Positions 23,001 through 33,200 of a stretch of 64,000 nucleotides of DNA are shown here, one piece after another. The notes under the pieces are model-generated. The model was not told where the DNA came from, searched no databases, and was given only the letters and a program-made list of their open reading frames with translations. The first letter of the stretch is position 1. Every line of letters starts with the position of its first letter. The DNA lies in the NCBI GenBank assembly GCA_965240325.2, contig OZ251241.1, positions 992,001-1,056,000 on the forward strand. Reading direction: 5' to 3'. The translations under genes and the position numbers were made by a program. Source of the stretch: Rebecca billardiae RCC1528. Lineage: Eukaryota; Protista; Haptophyta.

Positions 23001-26000
23001 GAATGCCGGGTGGAGCGCGGCCGCGGCGGCGTGCGCGCGCGCGGCCGCGGCGGCAGCCACAGCGCACGAGTCGTCTTGCTCGACGCACGCCGCGCCCGGG
23101 CCCAGCCGCGCGCGCCGCCCGGAGGCTGCTGCGGAGGCGAGGGCCGCAGCGCGCGAGCCAGCGGCGCGCGGCCGTGCGATGGCGGCGCTCAGCGCGGCGA
23201 GCGCCCAGGGCACAGCCGCCGCGGCCGCGAGCAGCACCGCGGCGCGCTCGGCGCGCGAGCCCGCGGCGCCCACCTGCGCGAGAGCGCGCGCGCGCAGCAG
23301 CTGCCACAGTGCGCCGCACAGCGGCAGGCAGGCTAGGAACCACGCATGGGCCAGCGCGCCGCGCGCGGCCTCGGACGGGGCGAGGAGAGGAGCGAGCCAG
23401 AGCGCACGCAGGGCGCGCGCCAAGGCCGGCCCCGCCTCGGCGCACGGCGCGACGCAGGCCGCCACGCCCGTGGCGAGTGCGTAGGTGCACCAGCTGTTGG
23501 CGAGCGCGCCCGCTGCGGCGCCGGGCGCGCCCACCGCGGCACTGGCTGCGCGCAGCGCTTCTCGAGCCCAGGGCAGCGGCGCTGCCCAGGCAGCAGAGCG
23601 AGGGGACTGCGGCGAGGCACGCGAGCGCGAGGCGGCGCCACCGCTGGCGTGCATCACCGGCGTGAGCTCCTGGAGACCCTCCTCCTCCTCCTCCTCCTCC
23701 TCCTCCTCCTCCTCCCCCTCGCCATCATCATCATCACCCGGCGACTGCTGCTGCTGCGGCTGCCGTGGCCGCGGCTGCTGTGGCTGCGGCGGCGCCTCGT
23801 CCGCCTGCTTCCGTGCGCCCTCCTCCGCCGCGGCCTCCGCGCCCACCACCTCCGCATCCAACGCCCCAGCGCCCCTCGGCTCAAGCTCAAGCTCCACAGC
23901 TCGCGCCTCGAGCGCCCCGACGCCGCCGCCGGCCGCAAGCTCGCGCCGCGCGCTCAAGGCAGGCCGAGAGGCATCAGCCAAGGGCCTGGCGGCGTGCTGC
24001 TGCTTCGTGGCAGCCGCGGGCGTGAGGCCAGCCACTGCCGAGCGCCAAGCCACGCTGAAGCCCGCGGAGAGGAAAAGAATAGGCACCCACAGCCCGCCCC
24101 ACGCGCTCGCCCGATCAGTGAGGCCGCGCAGCCAGCCACCGCCCTCGCCGCCAGCCAGGATCGGCGCGGGGCCAGCCGTGCCGCCAAGGCCGAGGCCAAA
24201 CGCCAGGTGCGAGCTCGCCGCGAAGCGCAGGAGCGACAGCGCCACCAAAGCCGGCGTGGCGGCCGCGGCGCCAGCCGAGGACGACAGCGAGGGCGTGCCT
24301 TCCGCGTCGCCTCGCGCCGCGCCGGCCGCGCGCTGCCCGGTCGCCCACAGGGCACAGCCCAGCCAGCACGCCGCCGAGAGAAGATTCCGGAAGTTTCCGC
24401 TGGCCTCGTACCACTTCGGCGGCGGCGGCGGCGGCGGCGGCGCGGGCGGCGCGGGCGGCGCGCCGTGCGCGCGGCGCGCCTCCTCGAGGAGCGCATCCGC
24501 GAGTGCCTCCTCGCCCACCAGCTCGCGCAGCGCCTCAGGCGCCCCCGGTGCCGAGACATATCTCGCCGCGGCGAGGAGCTCCGCCAGCTGTGGGTCATCT
24601 GGCGGCGCGCGCGCTGACGACAGCGGCAGCGTGAGCTGGACGTCGACTTCACACCGCGCGGCCACGACGCGCTGCCACGGGCACGGCGGCGGCCTGCGCG
24701 GGCTGGTGGCCGCGGCGGCCGCCGAGGCCGGCGCGCCGGCGCCGCTCGCGCCGCCGCCGCGCGCGCCGCTCGCCGCCGCGCACGCGTGCCTCCGGAAGCA
24801 GAGCGGAGCGAACCGAGCAGTCTCTGCGCACTCCGCTGTGGCCGCGACCGCCGAGGCGGCGGCTCCGAGCAGCTCGCTCCCAGCGCTGCCGGCATCGGCG
24901 GCAGAAGCGTCGGCGCCAAAGGCCGCGTGGACGCCCGTCGGCGCAGGGCTGGCGGCAGCGCCGGAGCCAGCAGCGTCACCAATCGCTGCAAGGCCCCCCA
25001 GACTGCGCTCGGTCGTGGCCGCGGCCGCGGCGCGCCGAACAGTGGAGCGAGCGCACACCGGCGCAAGGAGAAGCTGCGCGCGCCACGTGGACACCAGCGC
25101 CGACCAGTACGGCCCGATCGCCTCGTCCCGGCCCTCCGTAGACGCGAGCATCGCGTCCGTCAGCCCTCGGCCGTTGAGCGCCTCCAGGCTCGGAGGCGGC
25201 GGCGGCGCCACTGTCCCCTCTGCCTCATCGTCCGCTGGCGCCTCGCCGCTTCGCGTGCCGTTGGGCAGCGCGCGCGCCGCGACGAGCCAGAGCGCGCGGC
25301 GGATCGCGGCGGCGGGGTCGGGCGCGACGGAGGGCTCGTGCCCGACGAGGCAGTGCGCGCCCGCCACCTCGCACTCGCGCCGCAGCGCCCGGAAGAGCGG
25401 CGGAAGCGCAGAGCCGAACGCCTTGGCCATGGGCGATGCCATCGCGCGCGCGTCCGCGCCCGTGCGCCGCCGCATGCGCGAGAGCTCGGCGCTCCGGCAC
25501 TCGCGCACGTCGAGGGCGCACGCCGCATACGCGTGCGCGCCCAGCTCCACGTACGCCACCCTCCGCGCCGCGCCCGCCTGGCGCTCGGCGCCGTCCGCGC
25601 CGCCGGCCAGCCCGGAGCGTTGTGATCTGTCCCCCAGCGCGACTCCCGTTTGCAGGAGCTGCTGCGCGTCGCCCGGGAAGGGCGCGGCGAGGTAGCTGAC
25701 GCGTGCGACGGCGTGCGAGACGACGGGTGCGCCGAGCAGCTCGCGCATCCTCGCCACCGTCTCCCCGGCAAGGGCTCCCGTCTCGTGCTCGCGCCTGAGC
25801 AGCCCTTTCGGAAGCACCGCCGCGCGGCTCAGCTCAGCGCGCATGGCGCGCGGCGAGACCACAAAGTCCGCGGCCGAGGCGGACAGCTGGGTGGAGATAC
25901 GCGCGTGCTCGCCGGCCGAGCCGCTCATCGCCTGCACCAGCGCGAGCGTCATGTGCAGCGCGGGCTCGGCGCCGACGACCACGAGATGCACGCCCGCAAG

Positions 26001-26246
26001 GCAGTCGAGAATCTCCGGCCGAGAGAAGATGTGGTAGTGGCACTCGGCGCCCGCCGGCGAGACGGCCGCTGTCCCCGGCGCGTACGTGAGGGAGCCGTTG
26101 CTCGCAGAGCAGCGCGGCGTGCACGCCGCGCCGGGCGCATGACCGGCACCGGCCACAAGTGCAGCGACGACAATGGCGCACGGCACCGCCGCCATCGTGG
26201 CGTTCTGAGTTGCGAGTTTCTTTTTCGACCGCTGCGCCCTTTTCAT
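20085..26246 (-). CDS. Giant (~2050 aa) secretory-pathway membrane protein: degenerate SGNH/PC-esterase-like domain, acyltransferase-3-like TM domain, C-terminal luminal domain
   Basis: Single long ORF with a signal-like MAAVPCAIVVAALVAGAG (alternative ATG at 26195). CHYHIFSRPEILDCLAGVHLVVVGAE resembles C..f....cL.gk.i.fvGDS. LSLLRFAASSH, WGGLWVPILFLSAGF and HAWFLAC resemble AT3 motifs. Contains a poly-E tract. Confidence 0.6.
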   Translation of the reverse strand: MKRAQRSKKKLATQNATMAAVPCAIVVAALVAGAGHAPGAACTPRCSASNGSLTYAPGTAAVSPAGAECHYHIFSRPEILDCLAGVHLVVVGAEPALHMTLALVQAMSGSAGEHARISTQLSASAADFVVSPRAMRAELSRAAVLPKGLLRREHETGALAGETVARMRELLGAPVVSHAVARVSYLAAPFPGDAQQLLQTGVALGDRSQRSGLAGGADGAERQAGAARRVAYVELGAHAYAACALDVRECRSAELSRMRRRTGADARAMASPMAKAFGSALPPLFRALRRECEVAGAHCLVGHEPSVAPDPAAAIRRALWLVAARALPNGTRSGEAPADDEAEGTVAPPPPPSLEALNGRGLTDAMLASTEGRDEAIGPYWSALVSTWRAQLLLAPVCARSTVRRAAAAATTERSLGGLAAIGDAAGSGAAASPAPTGVHAAFGADASAADAGSAGSELLGAAASAVAATAECAETARFAPLCFRRHACAAASGARGGGASGAGAPASAAAAATSPRRPPPCPWQRVVAARCEVDVQLTLPLSSARAPPDDPQLAELLAAARYVSAPGAPEALRELVGEEALADALLEEARRAHGAPPAPPAPPPPPPPPKWYEASGNFRNLLSAACWLGCALWATGQRAAGAARGDAEGTPSLSSSAGAAAATPALVALSLLRFAASSHLAFGLGLGGTAGPAPILAGGEGGGWLRGLTDRASAWGGLWVPILFLSAGFSVAWRSAVAGLTPAAATKQQHAARPLADASRPALSARRELAAGGGVGALEARAVELELEPRGAGALDAEVVGAEAAAEEGARKQADEAPPQPQQPRPRQPQQQQSPGDDDDGEGEEEEEEEEEEEEGLQELTPVMHASGGAASRSRASPQSPRSAAWAAPLPWAREALRAASAAVGAPGAAAGALANSWCTYALATGVAACVAPCAEAGPALARALRALWLAPLLAPSEAARGALAHAWFLACLPLCGALWQLLRARALAQVGAAGSRAERAAVLLAAAAAVPWALAALSAAIARPRAAGSRAAALASAAASGRRARLGPGAACVEQDDSCAVAAAAAARAHAAAAALHPAFIDAVDGSWGYAAVVWAHCAAYAAQFLLGAAAAALVGQGGRRLSVGVDSRRALCPMPPAALSSVLCYGPSAACAALCALVCAVPPPQSRVRVLAVRFGALSPLAGVALVGAAHGSDPCLRALGAAAPARLTALGRLWLLQLLLQPAVGAVWARFDVHAGAVLCAAAALGVTAVQEPLRAAWARAGARAPLAVLLLLCALALPATVPCARHSAVSEGAPGLERPERAALGRVVLLRTPIAAAAHTAAAAAAPDAADVRLAPRAALAGAASAPALGGAPACAAPSLVWAEGGWLLSALCAPADAAAAAPDGLGLPRWVVGRLAAHELTSAVRMAPLRRGNNGRAAAAGAAGTGALTLGGSASGNRSAEEEEAAWQPCCTAGSFGLACAGAPPARDGRGGRDSGTNLGEDTGTTLGEESRAAASSAAEEEEEGDPALSGVADAAAPLAWRALLRAASGDDGALQLVQLGAPMPSTARGAAGDSAERSGQGRPRRRELRRRPPPEPIVPRPTAVARGGLSRHRARAPPRAVVPDDGGGSPQRPLAPEPAPAVIEMQSPDQPSADQPSPDLEEGQPADSAAARAAAQDAAPRQQPALAPPEPPWAQPPSQRAMLHAWIGACDCAADGAAAACAGGDGAQPARHAHPRLVQLCMQPWAPGGPLGVTVSACDEVARSLPPAPGSAPAALARASAPSWQPFACTEADARAGRCGSGHARDQLRFVRLGVEARQHVLSVRTPRARACAATACPRDSQDDRAAAPLELVGATGGERSPALATLTAARGPDDTGERESSDEGGATGTLAGWRMCAPSVAIAESSVCGGTLRALRQRALRIGLLCGPCQPLGPAHPPPRVVAGTRVCARQHRLYAFGATAPHRVRAVSAPLPLQAPYALGSALALSPRLDYVVVAYTAVSFERESPAAPGMRAHAAVRTEARALVWPISALPALFDVDEGAAQDDSSASSSSSLSSPSELCRRR

Positions 26247-26378
26247 GGCGGCCTTCCGGTCGCCCCAGTTTGCCTGTTACACGCGCGCGCTCCGCCACTG
26301 ATAACGATATCGCGCGCGGCATCGATGGCATCCGAGCACTGACCGGCGCAAGGAGGCGACCCGGCGTGCTCAGCAGGC

Positions 26379-28385
26379 ATGTCTGCTCGGGTCGAACGCC
26401 GCCCGAGTGGCCTGACCAACCGGTCACAGGCCGCCCAGCAGCAGCAGCAGCAGCAGCAGCATCAGCCGACGCCACCGCAGTCGGCCCCAGCCCAGCATCC
26501 GTCGCAACCCGGCTCGGCGCGGCAAGGCAGCCGCCCGCCGTCACACCGCGCGCCGCCCACGGGTGGCGGTAGCGCCGCACCGCCCCCGGGCACGCGCGAG
26601 GGTCAGCGCAGGGGCTTGAATACGACGTCGGGCAGCAACCTCTTCGCGAAGATGCGCCAGCGCTTCACGCCGGAGGAGCGCTCGCGCCAGCGCCAGCTGA
26701 TGAGCGAGATCCGCGACCGCATGGCGGTGCGCCACTTCAAGATGCAGGAGGCGTTCCGCGAGCTGGACGAGGACAAGTCGGGCTCCGTAGACGTGATGGA
26801 GTTCGTCAACGTGCTGCGCAAGGCGCACATCGACCTCCCCGACAAGGACCAGAAGCTCCTCTTCGCGTTTGCCGATGATGATTCGAACGGGCGGATCAAG
26901 TATGATGAGTTTGTCGCAGCGCTCGAGCGCACCGGGCCGTGGGGCTCGCGGTACTACGGGCTGCCGCCGGAGGAGATGAATGAGCAGGTGCTCGGGCTGA
27001 TGAACAAGTACGCCAAGTCGGTGCGTGCTCGCCGCGTGCACACCCGTGCGCGCGCGATGCCGGTGCGTGCCCCGCTGCGGCGATCGGCGCGCTGAGCGCC
27101 GCCCGGCGCGCGCGCGCCTGCCCGGCGCGCACCGCAGGAGTTCGCGTCGGAGATGGGCCAGCGCATCGAGCGTGGCTCGGCGGGGCGGATGCGCTACTAT
27201 CACATGCTCGATCGGGACTCGGACGGCTATGTCTCGAAGGAGGACTTTTTGGAGGGCGCCCGGTGCGCGCCACGCGCTGTGCCGCGCGCTGCGCCGCGCG
27301 CTGCTGCGCCGCACGCTGCGCTGGTGGCCGCAGTGCCCTGACGGCTCACGCGTGCCACGGCCGCCGCCGCCGCTGCCGCCGCTGCCGCTGCGCAGCGCGC
27401 TCAACATGCCGCGCGAGTACGAGCCCGAGGTGCACCACATGTTCGACGAGCTCACCGACGCGCAGGGCGGCGACGGCCGCCTCAACTTCCCCCTCTTTGG
27501 CGAGCTGCTCACGCCGCTGCCCGACCTCACCGGCACGGGGCCGTTCGGCGGCGACTATCGGCTGAAGGAGATCTCGGCGATCAACAACAGGATCGCGACG
27601 CTCGACCAGCAGATGGGGCAGCACCCCGTGGCGAAGCGGTATGAGACCGGGATGAAGACGCTCGCCGAGACCTGGCGCTATGAGGCGGGCGCGCCCAATG
27701 GCGAGGGCCCGGTTGCGCCGCCGCGGCCGAGCCTCGGCTCGACCGACACGCTCCGGTTCGCGCGATCGCACACGGGCCTCGCGGCGAAGGGGCACGCCGA
27801 GCGGACGCTCGAGCCCGGCTCGTACGTCGTGGACGCCGAGCTGAAGCAGCGCGCGGCGACGGCCGCGCGGCTCGGGACTGACCTGACACTGAGCAAGCGC
27901 AAGGTGGTCCCCAGGCGGACCGTGCGCGGCGTGTTCAACAAAGGCACGCACGCCAACCTGATCCAGCCCGTGCCCGAGGCGGCCATGTTCCTGCCGGAGT
28001 CGGAGCGGCTGCAGCGGATCGAGCACTTCGCCGACAAGTGGGACTGGAAGGCGGACGCGCGCAAGAAGGAGGCCACGCTCCGCGCGCGCGCTGAGCGGCG
28101 CGCGGACAATGAGATGCGCGTCGCCGACATGGTTCGGGTGCGTGCGCTAGGCGCTCCTCCTCCCCCTTGCCCGCGCGCGCGGCTTTGGCGCGAGGCATTC
28201 GCCTTGCCGCCCACCCTGGCACCACGAGGCCACTCACACGCCCCCTCGCGCCGCGCGCCGCGCGCGCCGCGACAACCGCTGCGCAGACGAGGCAGGAGAT
28301 GGTCGACTTCACCGAGCTTGCACGCTCGCGCGCGCTTGGCATGCAGGGCCTGTGGATGATGGAGCGCACGCGAGGGCAGCTCTGA
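26379..28385 (+). CDS. EF-hand Ca2+-binding protein with polyQ N-terminus (4 exons)
   Basis: EF loops DEDKSGSVDVME, DDDSNGRIKYDE, DRDSDGYVSKED and a degenerate fourth (DAQGGDGRLNF). GT-AG introns at about 27021-27137, 27263-27395, 28138-28286. Confidence 0.82.
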
Positions 28386-28835
28386 CGCTCGGCTCGCTGC
28401 TGCCCTCGCCGGCTTGCGGCGCTTGGGCTCGATCGGTCGGCGGCGGCCGTCAGGCCCGTAGCCTACGCACTGAGTCAGGCGGCGCCCACACGGCACGCCG
28501 CCAGGATGATCCGCCCAAGTACTGTCACGGTCCGATTTAGGCCACTGGCAGTACTCGGGACCGTAACTTGGCTGAGACTGTCAGGTTGCTCGGCAGGTCT
28601 GCGGAGTGCGGCCGGTCCCAGTCGTCAGCGGTCAGCGGGCTCAGCTGTGGACTCCGCGGAGTCCGGTGTAGTGGAGAAGGATGCTCGGGCTGATAACAGT
28701 GCTGGTGGTGAGCGCCAGCAGCGTGGCCGCATGCCCGCGAAATGCGCATGGGCTGCGAGTGCATATGCCTACAGTACCCCCGCGCTCGCCTGTACTGCGA
28801 CTGGTCAACTGAGTCTGAGTCTGAGATGAGGACGC

Positions 28836-30153
28836 TTAGCGGCACAGCCACAAGCCCGCGTATGAGGCGTAGAAGAGCCCCCAGCACTTCATGTAGAAGG
28901 CGTACACGGCCTTCGGGTCGGCCACGTCCACTTTGCCCGCGAGTGTGCGCACGATACCCGCGAAGGCTGCGGCGATGCCAGCCCCCAGGATGCGCCATCC
29001 GGCGAGCGCGGGCCACACGGCCGGGTCAGCCGCGCTGCTGAGCACGACTGCGCCGAGCAGCGCGAGCGCGACCGCGCCGAACGCCGCCTGCAGCGCGCCC
29101 GTCGCCAGGTTGAAGATGCGCTGCCGGCCGAACTGGATCGAGAACGTCGAGATCCCCACCGCGCGGTCGCCCGCCACGTCCGGCACGTCCTTGAGCAGCG
29201 CGATCACGACACCAAACAGCATGTAGAATGCCGTGGCCGCGACGCAGCGCGGGTTCAGCGCGGCGTCGGCGACGCCGTACACCACGCGCGAGGCGTGCGT
29301 GAAGAAGCCCCAGTTGACCAGCGCGCCGCGCACCGACGTGATGCACAGCCCGGCGAAGAGCGGGAATCGCTTCAGCCGCAGCGGCGGCAGCGAGTACGCC
29401 GTGCCGAGGGCGACAGAGCCGAGCAGCACACCGCGCAGCGCGGGCGAGCTGAGCGCGCTCGGCAGCAGGCAGCCGAGCCCGAGCCCGCCGACCAGGCACG
29501 CGACGGAGATCGCGATCCCCTGCACCACCGTGAAGTCGCCCTTGGCCAGCGGCAGGTAGGGCTTGTTGATCCGGTCCGCCTCGACGTCCAGCACCTGAGC
29601 GGGCCGGTGCCGCCCGCACGGAGCAGCACCAGGGGGCGCAGCACAGGGCGGCAGTGGGCGCACGGGCGCGGGCGGTCGGCGGTCGGCGCGAGTGGTCGGG
29701 TCGCGAACGGATGAGGGCGTGCGTGGCGCACGTGCCCTCCTGGCTGCCCACCTGGTTCAGCCCGACGATGTATACGTTGATCAGCAGCGACGGGAGGAGA
29801 ACGAACGCGATCGATTCGAGGAGCGGGCGCAGGGGGAGCGCGACGCCGACGGGCGCGGCGAACATGTGGAGAGCGGGGATGCATATGGCCGAGCCGACCA
29901 GCGTGTGCGGCCGCGTGAAATTCCACAGCGCACCCAGCGTGTGCGCGATGCCGTGTGCGCTCACCGAAGCCACTGCCAGATCGTCGGCAAGAGATTCGTC
30001 GCCCGCCACCGTCCTCGCCGCCGTCGAGTGGATAAGGGCCGCGTGGCGGCCGAGGCGCGCCGCGCGGACGACCGGTCGGCCGCCATGCAGCACCTGCGAG
30101 CCAAGCGGCCCCGCGGCGAGGCCGAGGGCTAGCGTGACGAGCGACGCAACCAT
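28836..30153 (-). CDS. Homogentisate prenyltransferase (UbiA family, solanesyltransferase HST-like), plastid-targeted; intron 29751-29595
   Basis: [75 protein letters not shown]; N-terminal signal/transit peptide. Confidence 0.92.
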
Positions 30154-30296
30154 CACGTGCACACTGCGCGCGCACGCACTTTGATGCGGCGAGCCGTGAC
30201 GAAGCAGCGCGAGACGCCGGTGCGCGACAGCCCGCCTGTTTGCCCGTTGACAGTGGCTGTCCGGGAGCTCCCGGAATCAGAGTCTGAAGCGCGGAT

Positions 30297-33200
30297 TCAT
30301 TGCCGCGACACCGATGGCGGCTGCTGCAGGCGCACGAGCCGCTCGAGGAGCTGTTCGTTCTCGCGCCGAATCAGGTCCTGCACGTCAGCATAGATGGTCG
30401 AGCGCATTGCGCCGAGCTCTTTGCGCAGCTCCTGCTTCACGGACGCCATCTCGTGCTGCGTCCATGGGGAGGGGTGCGCCGCGCGTGTCAGCGCCGACCG
30501 GCGCGGCGCGCCGCGCGAGCGCACGCGCGCGCAGCGCACACCCGCATGAGGTTCAGCTGGCCCGTCCACTCGACTCCGTTGGCGCCATCCGCGTCCGAGT
30601 CGGTCACTACTTCGAGCACGTGCGTCCACGCCAGGCTCTGCTCGCGATGCGCCGCGAATCGGCCGGACGAGTTGTAGTACTCTGCATCGCGCGCGCGCAG
30701 CGCACCGGCGCCATGGTCCGCATGGGGCGTGGGCGACGGTGGGTGCGACGAGCCGCGGCGGCGCGCGCCGCGCGGGCGGAGCGCGGGGAGCGGGCCGCAC
30801 CGACGATGAGGAGCGCGTGCAGCCGCAGCGTCTGCTCCGCCTGCTGCTCCTGCACCTGCGCGTACGAGTCGCCGAGCAGCGCGATCAGCGCGTTGAGCGC
30901 CACCACGCCGACCACGAGCATGAACGCGAAGAAGAGCACCTTGGCGAGGCTGGGCTCGGCCGCCTCCTCGAAGACGGCGAGGTCAAAGTCGGCGAACATC
31001 CCCATCTTCGCCGTGGAGATGAGCGCGGCCTTGAGCGTCTCGAAGCCGGTGGGCACGCTCGCGTCGCCGCCCGGCCAGCCGGCGTGCGCGCCGGCGGCGC
31101 TCGTCGGCATCGAGCTCGGCATCTCGGCCGCCGGCGCGCGGTGCGCGCTCTCGACGCCGCCGGGCTCGAGCGAGAGCTCGAGCGCGGCCAGGTTGCCGCC
31201 GAAGAGCATCACGAACGCGACGGCGAAGAAGAGCGTGAGCAGCAGCAGGATAAGCAGGAAGCCGGTCATGTCCTTAAAGTTTTGAATCAGCACCATCACC
31301 CGCCAGCCCGTCACGCGGAAGCCGCGCAGCACCTGCACGCAGCGCACGAGCAGGAGGACGGAGGCGAGCGCGATCAGCATGCGCACGCCGAGCATGCTCA
31401 GCCCGTTCACCGCCTCGAGGCACACCGCCGCCGCGGGCACCGCGATGCCGAAGACGTCGAGCACGTTCCACGCGGACATGGCGTACTGCGCAACCCCCGG
31501 CAAGAGCCCGTGCTGCAGCACGATGCCGTGGAACTGGAGCACCTCGTTGCGCAGCATCACGCCGGCGAAGGCGAGGAGGAGGAGGGCCGCGACGCTCATG
31601 TACACGCCGTTCGCGCCCACCGCGTCGGTGCTCGCCACCGCGCGCTCGAGCTGCCCCAGCGTGCGGTACCCGTCGGCGACGCGCGTCGCATAGAAGACGA
31701 AAACGACCGCGTGCGCGAGCAGCGTGCACGTTTTCTGCACGTGCAGCGCGTAGAAGTGGCGGCTCCAGAGCGCGCCGATGGTGGCGTGCATGCACGGGTT
31801 GTCGAAGGTGCCGCTGTGCGGCACCTGGCCCAGCGCCTGCAGCGCCGCGCGCGAGGAGAGGTACGGCACGGGCACGCGCTTCGGGAGCACCTCGACGCCG
31901 ACGCGACGCTTGGCCGCGGCGCTGCCGCGATCGCCGCCGACGCCGCCGACGCCGCCGCCCTCGGTCGCGCTCAGCGCGACGGCCGCGAGCGCGCTGGCGC
32001 CGAGCGCTCGCCAGAGCGCGCGCGCCGCGCGCGCTGCACTGAGCGCGAGCGCCAGGCTCGCGGGCGGCACGACCGACGCGATCCGCGCCTGCCAGCCCTC
32101 GGCGTCCGTGGCGGGCGCTCCGCCCGCGCCGAGCGCGCGGCCGGTGCTCGCGCCGCGCGCGAGCAAGCCGGCGGCGGCCTCGCGCGCCTTCCGAGGGTCG
32201 TGGTCGAGCTCGAGCCAGATGCGCGTGCCGGCGCCGCCCCAGGTCGGGTGCAGAGCCGAGGTCATGCGCTCGAGAGGGTCGCCGGCCGCGTTGCACGCGT
32301 ACTTGATCGGCGAGGCCGAGGGCTCGAGCTGCATCTGCTTGAGGAAGGCACACACGGCCGAGCCCATCTTGAGGCGGACGATCCGCGGGATGAGATTGGT
32401 GGCGATGGCCGAGCGCCGGGGCAGCGGGCCGCGGGCCGCGGCGATGAGCAGCAGCCGCAGCGTGCGCACGTCGCGCAGCCGGATCGCCACCTCGAACGAC
32501 GGCGACTCGAGCCCCGCGGCGGGCAGGGTGGCGAGCGAGGGCAGCGCAGCCAGGATCCGCTCGACCGCGCCGCGCTCTGCGCGAGAGACAAGAACATCCA
32601 TTAGCCGCGCACGCCCGTGCGCCTCGCCCACGCCGAGCGGCTGGAGGGACTCGTCGTGCTCGGGCATGCAGTTGATGGCGACTGCCGGGTGCTGCCGGAG
32701 CAGCTCGGTGACCGTGCGCGCGCGCTCGCCCGCGAACGCGCTGCGCGCCGCCGGGTCGCGCACACGCAGCAGCAGCGCGGGGTCGACCGGCGTGCTGAGC
32801 GACATGGGCGCCGCACTGCACCGGTACGCGCACAGCGCCTGGTTGCCGTCGGCGAGGGTGAGGCCGTCCGCCGAGAAGCACAGGTGCACGGGCCAGTACG
32901 AGCGCTCCCCGCAGCGGTGGATCACCAGGCCCGACTCGACGTGGAGCACGCTCACCGTCTTGTCGTGCGCGCCGATCGCGAGCGTCGCGTCGTCGGGCGA
33001 GAAGCGCAGGCCCATCACCCAGCCGACAGTCGAGTGCGTGTGCGTGGCCTCGAGGGTGGGCGCGTCGAAGATCGCGAGCACGCCGTTCCCGCCGGCCGCA
33101 AGGTGGCGCCCGCTGTGCGAGGCGGCGAGCGCCTGCACGCGCTTGCCGCCGACCTCGATGATCGCGCGGGTGAGCTCGCTCCGCGCGCGCGGCTCGTCAC

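Noticed and set aside
8694-30153. IspE and homogentisate prenyltransferase as an isoprenoid-quinone gene cluster
   Set aside because: They are about 19 kb apart with unrelated genes between; chance proximity is sufficient.
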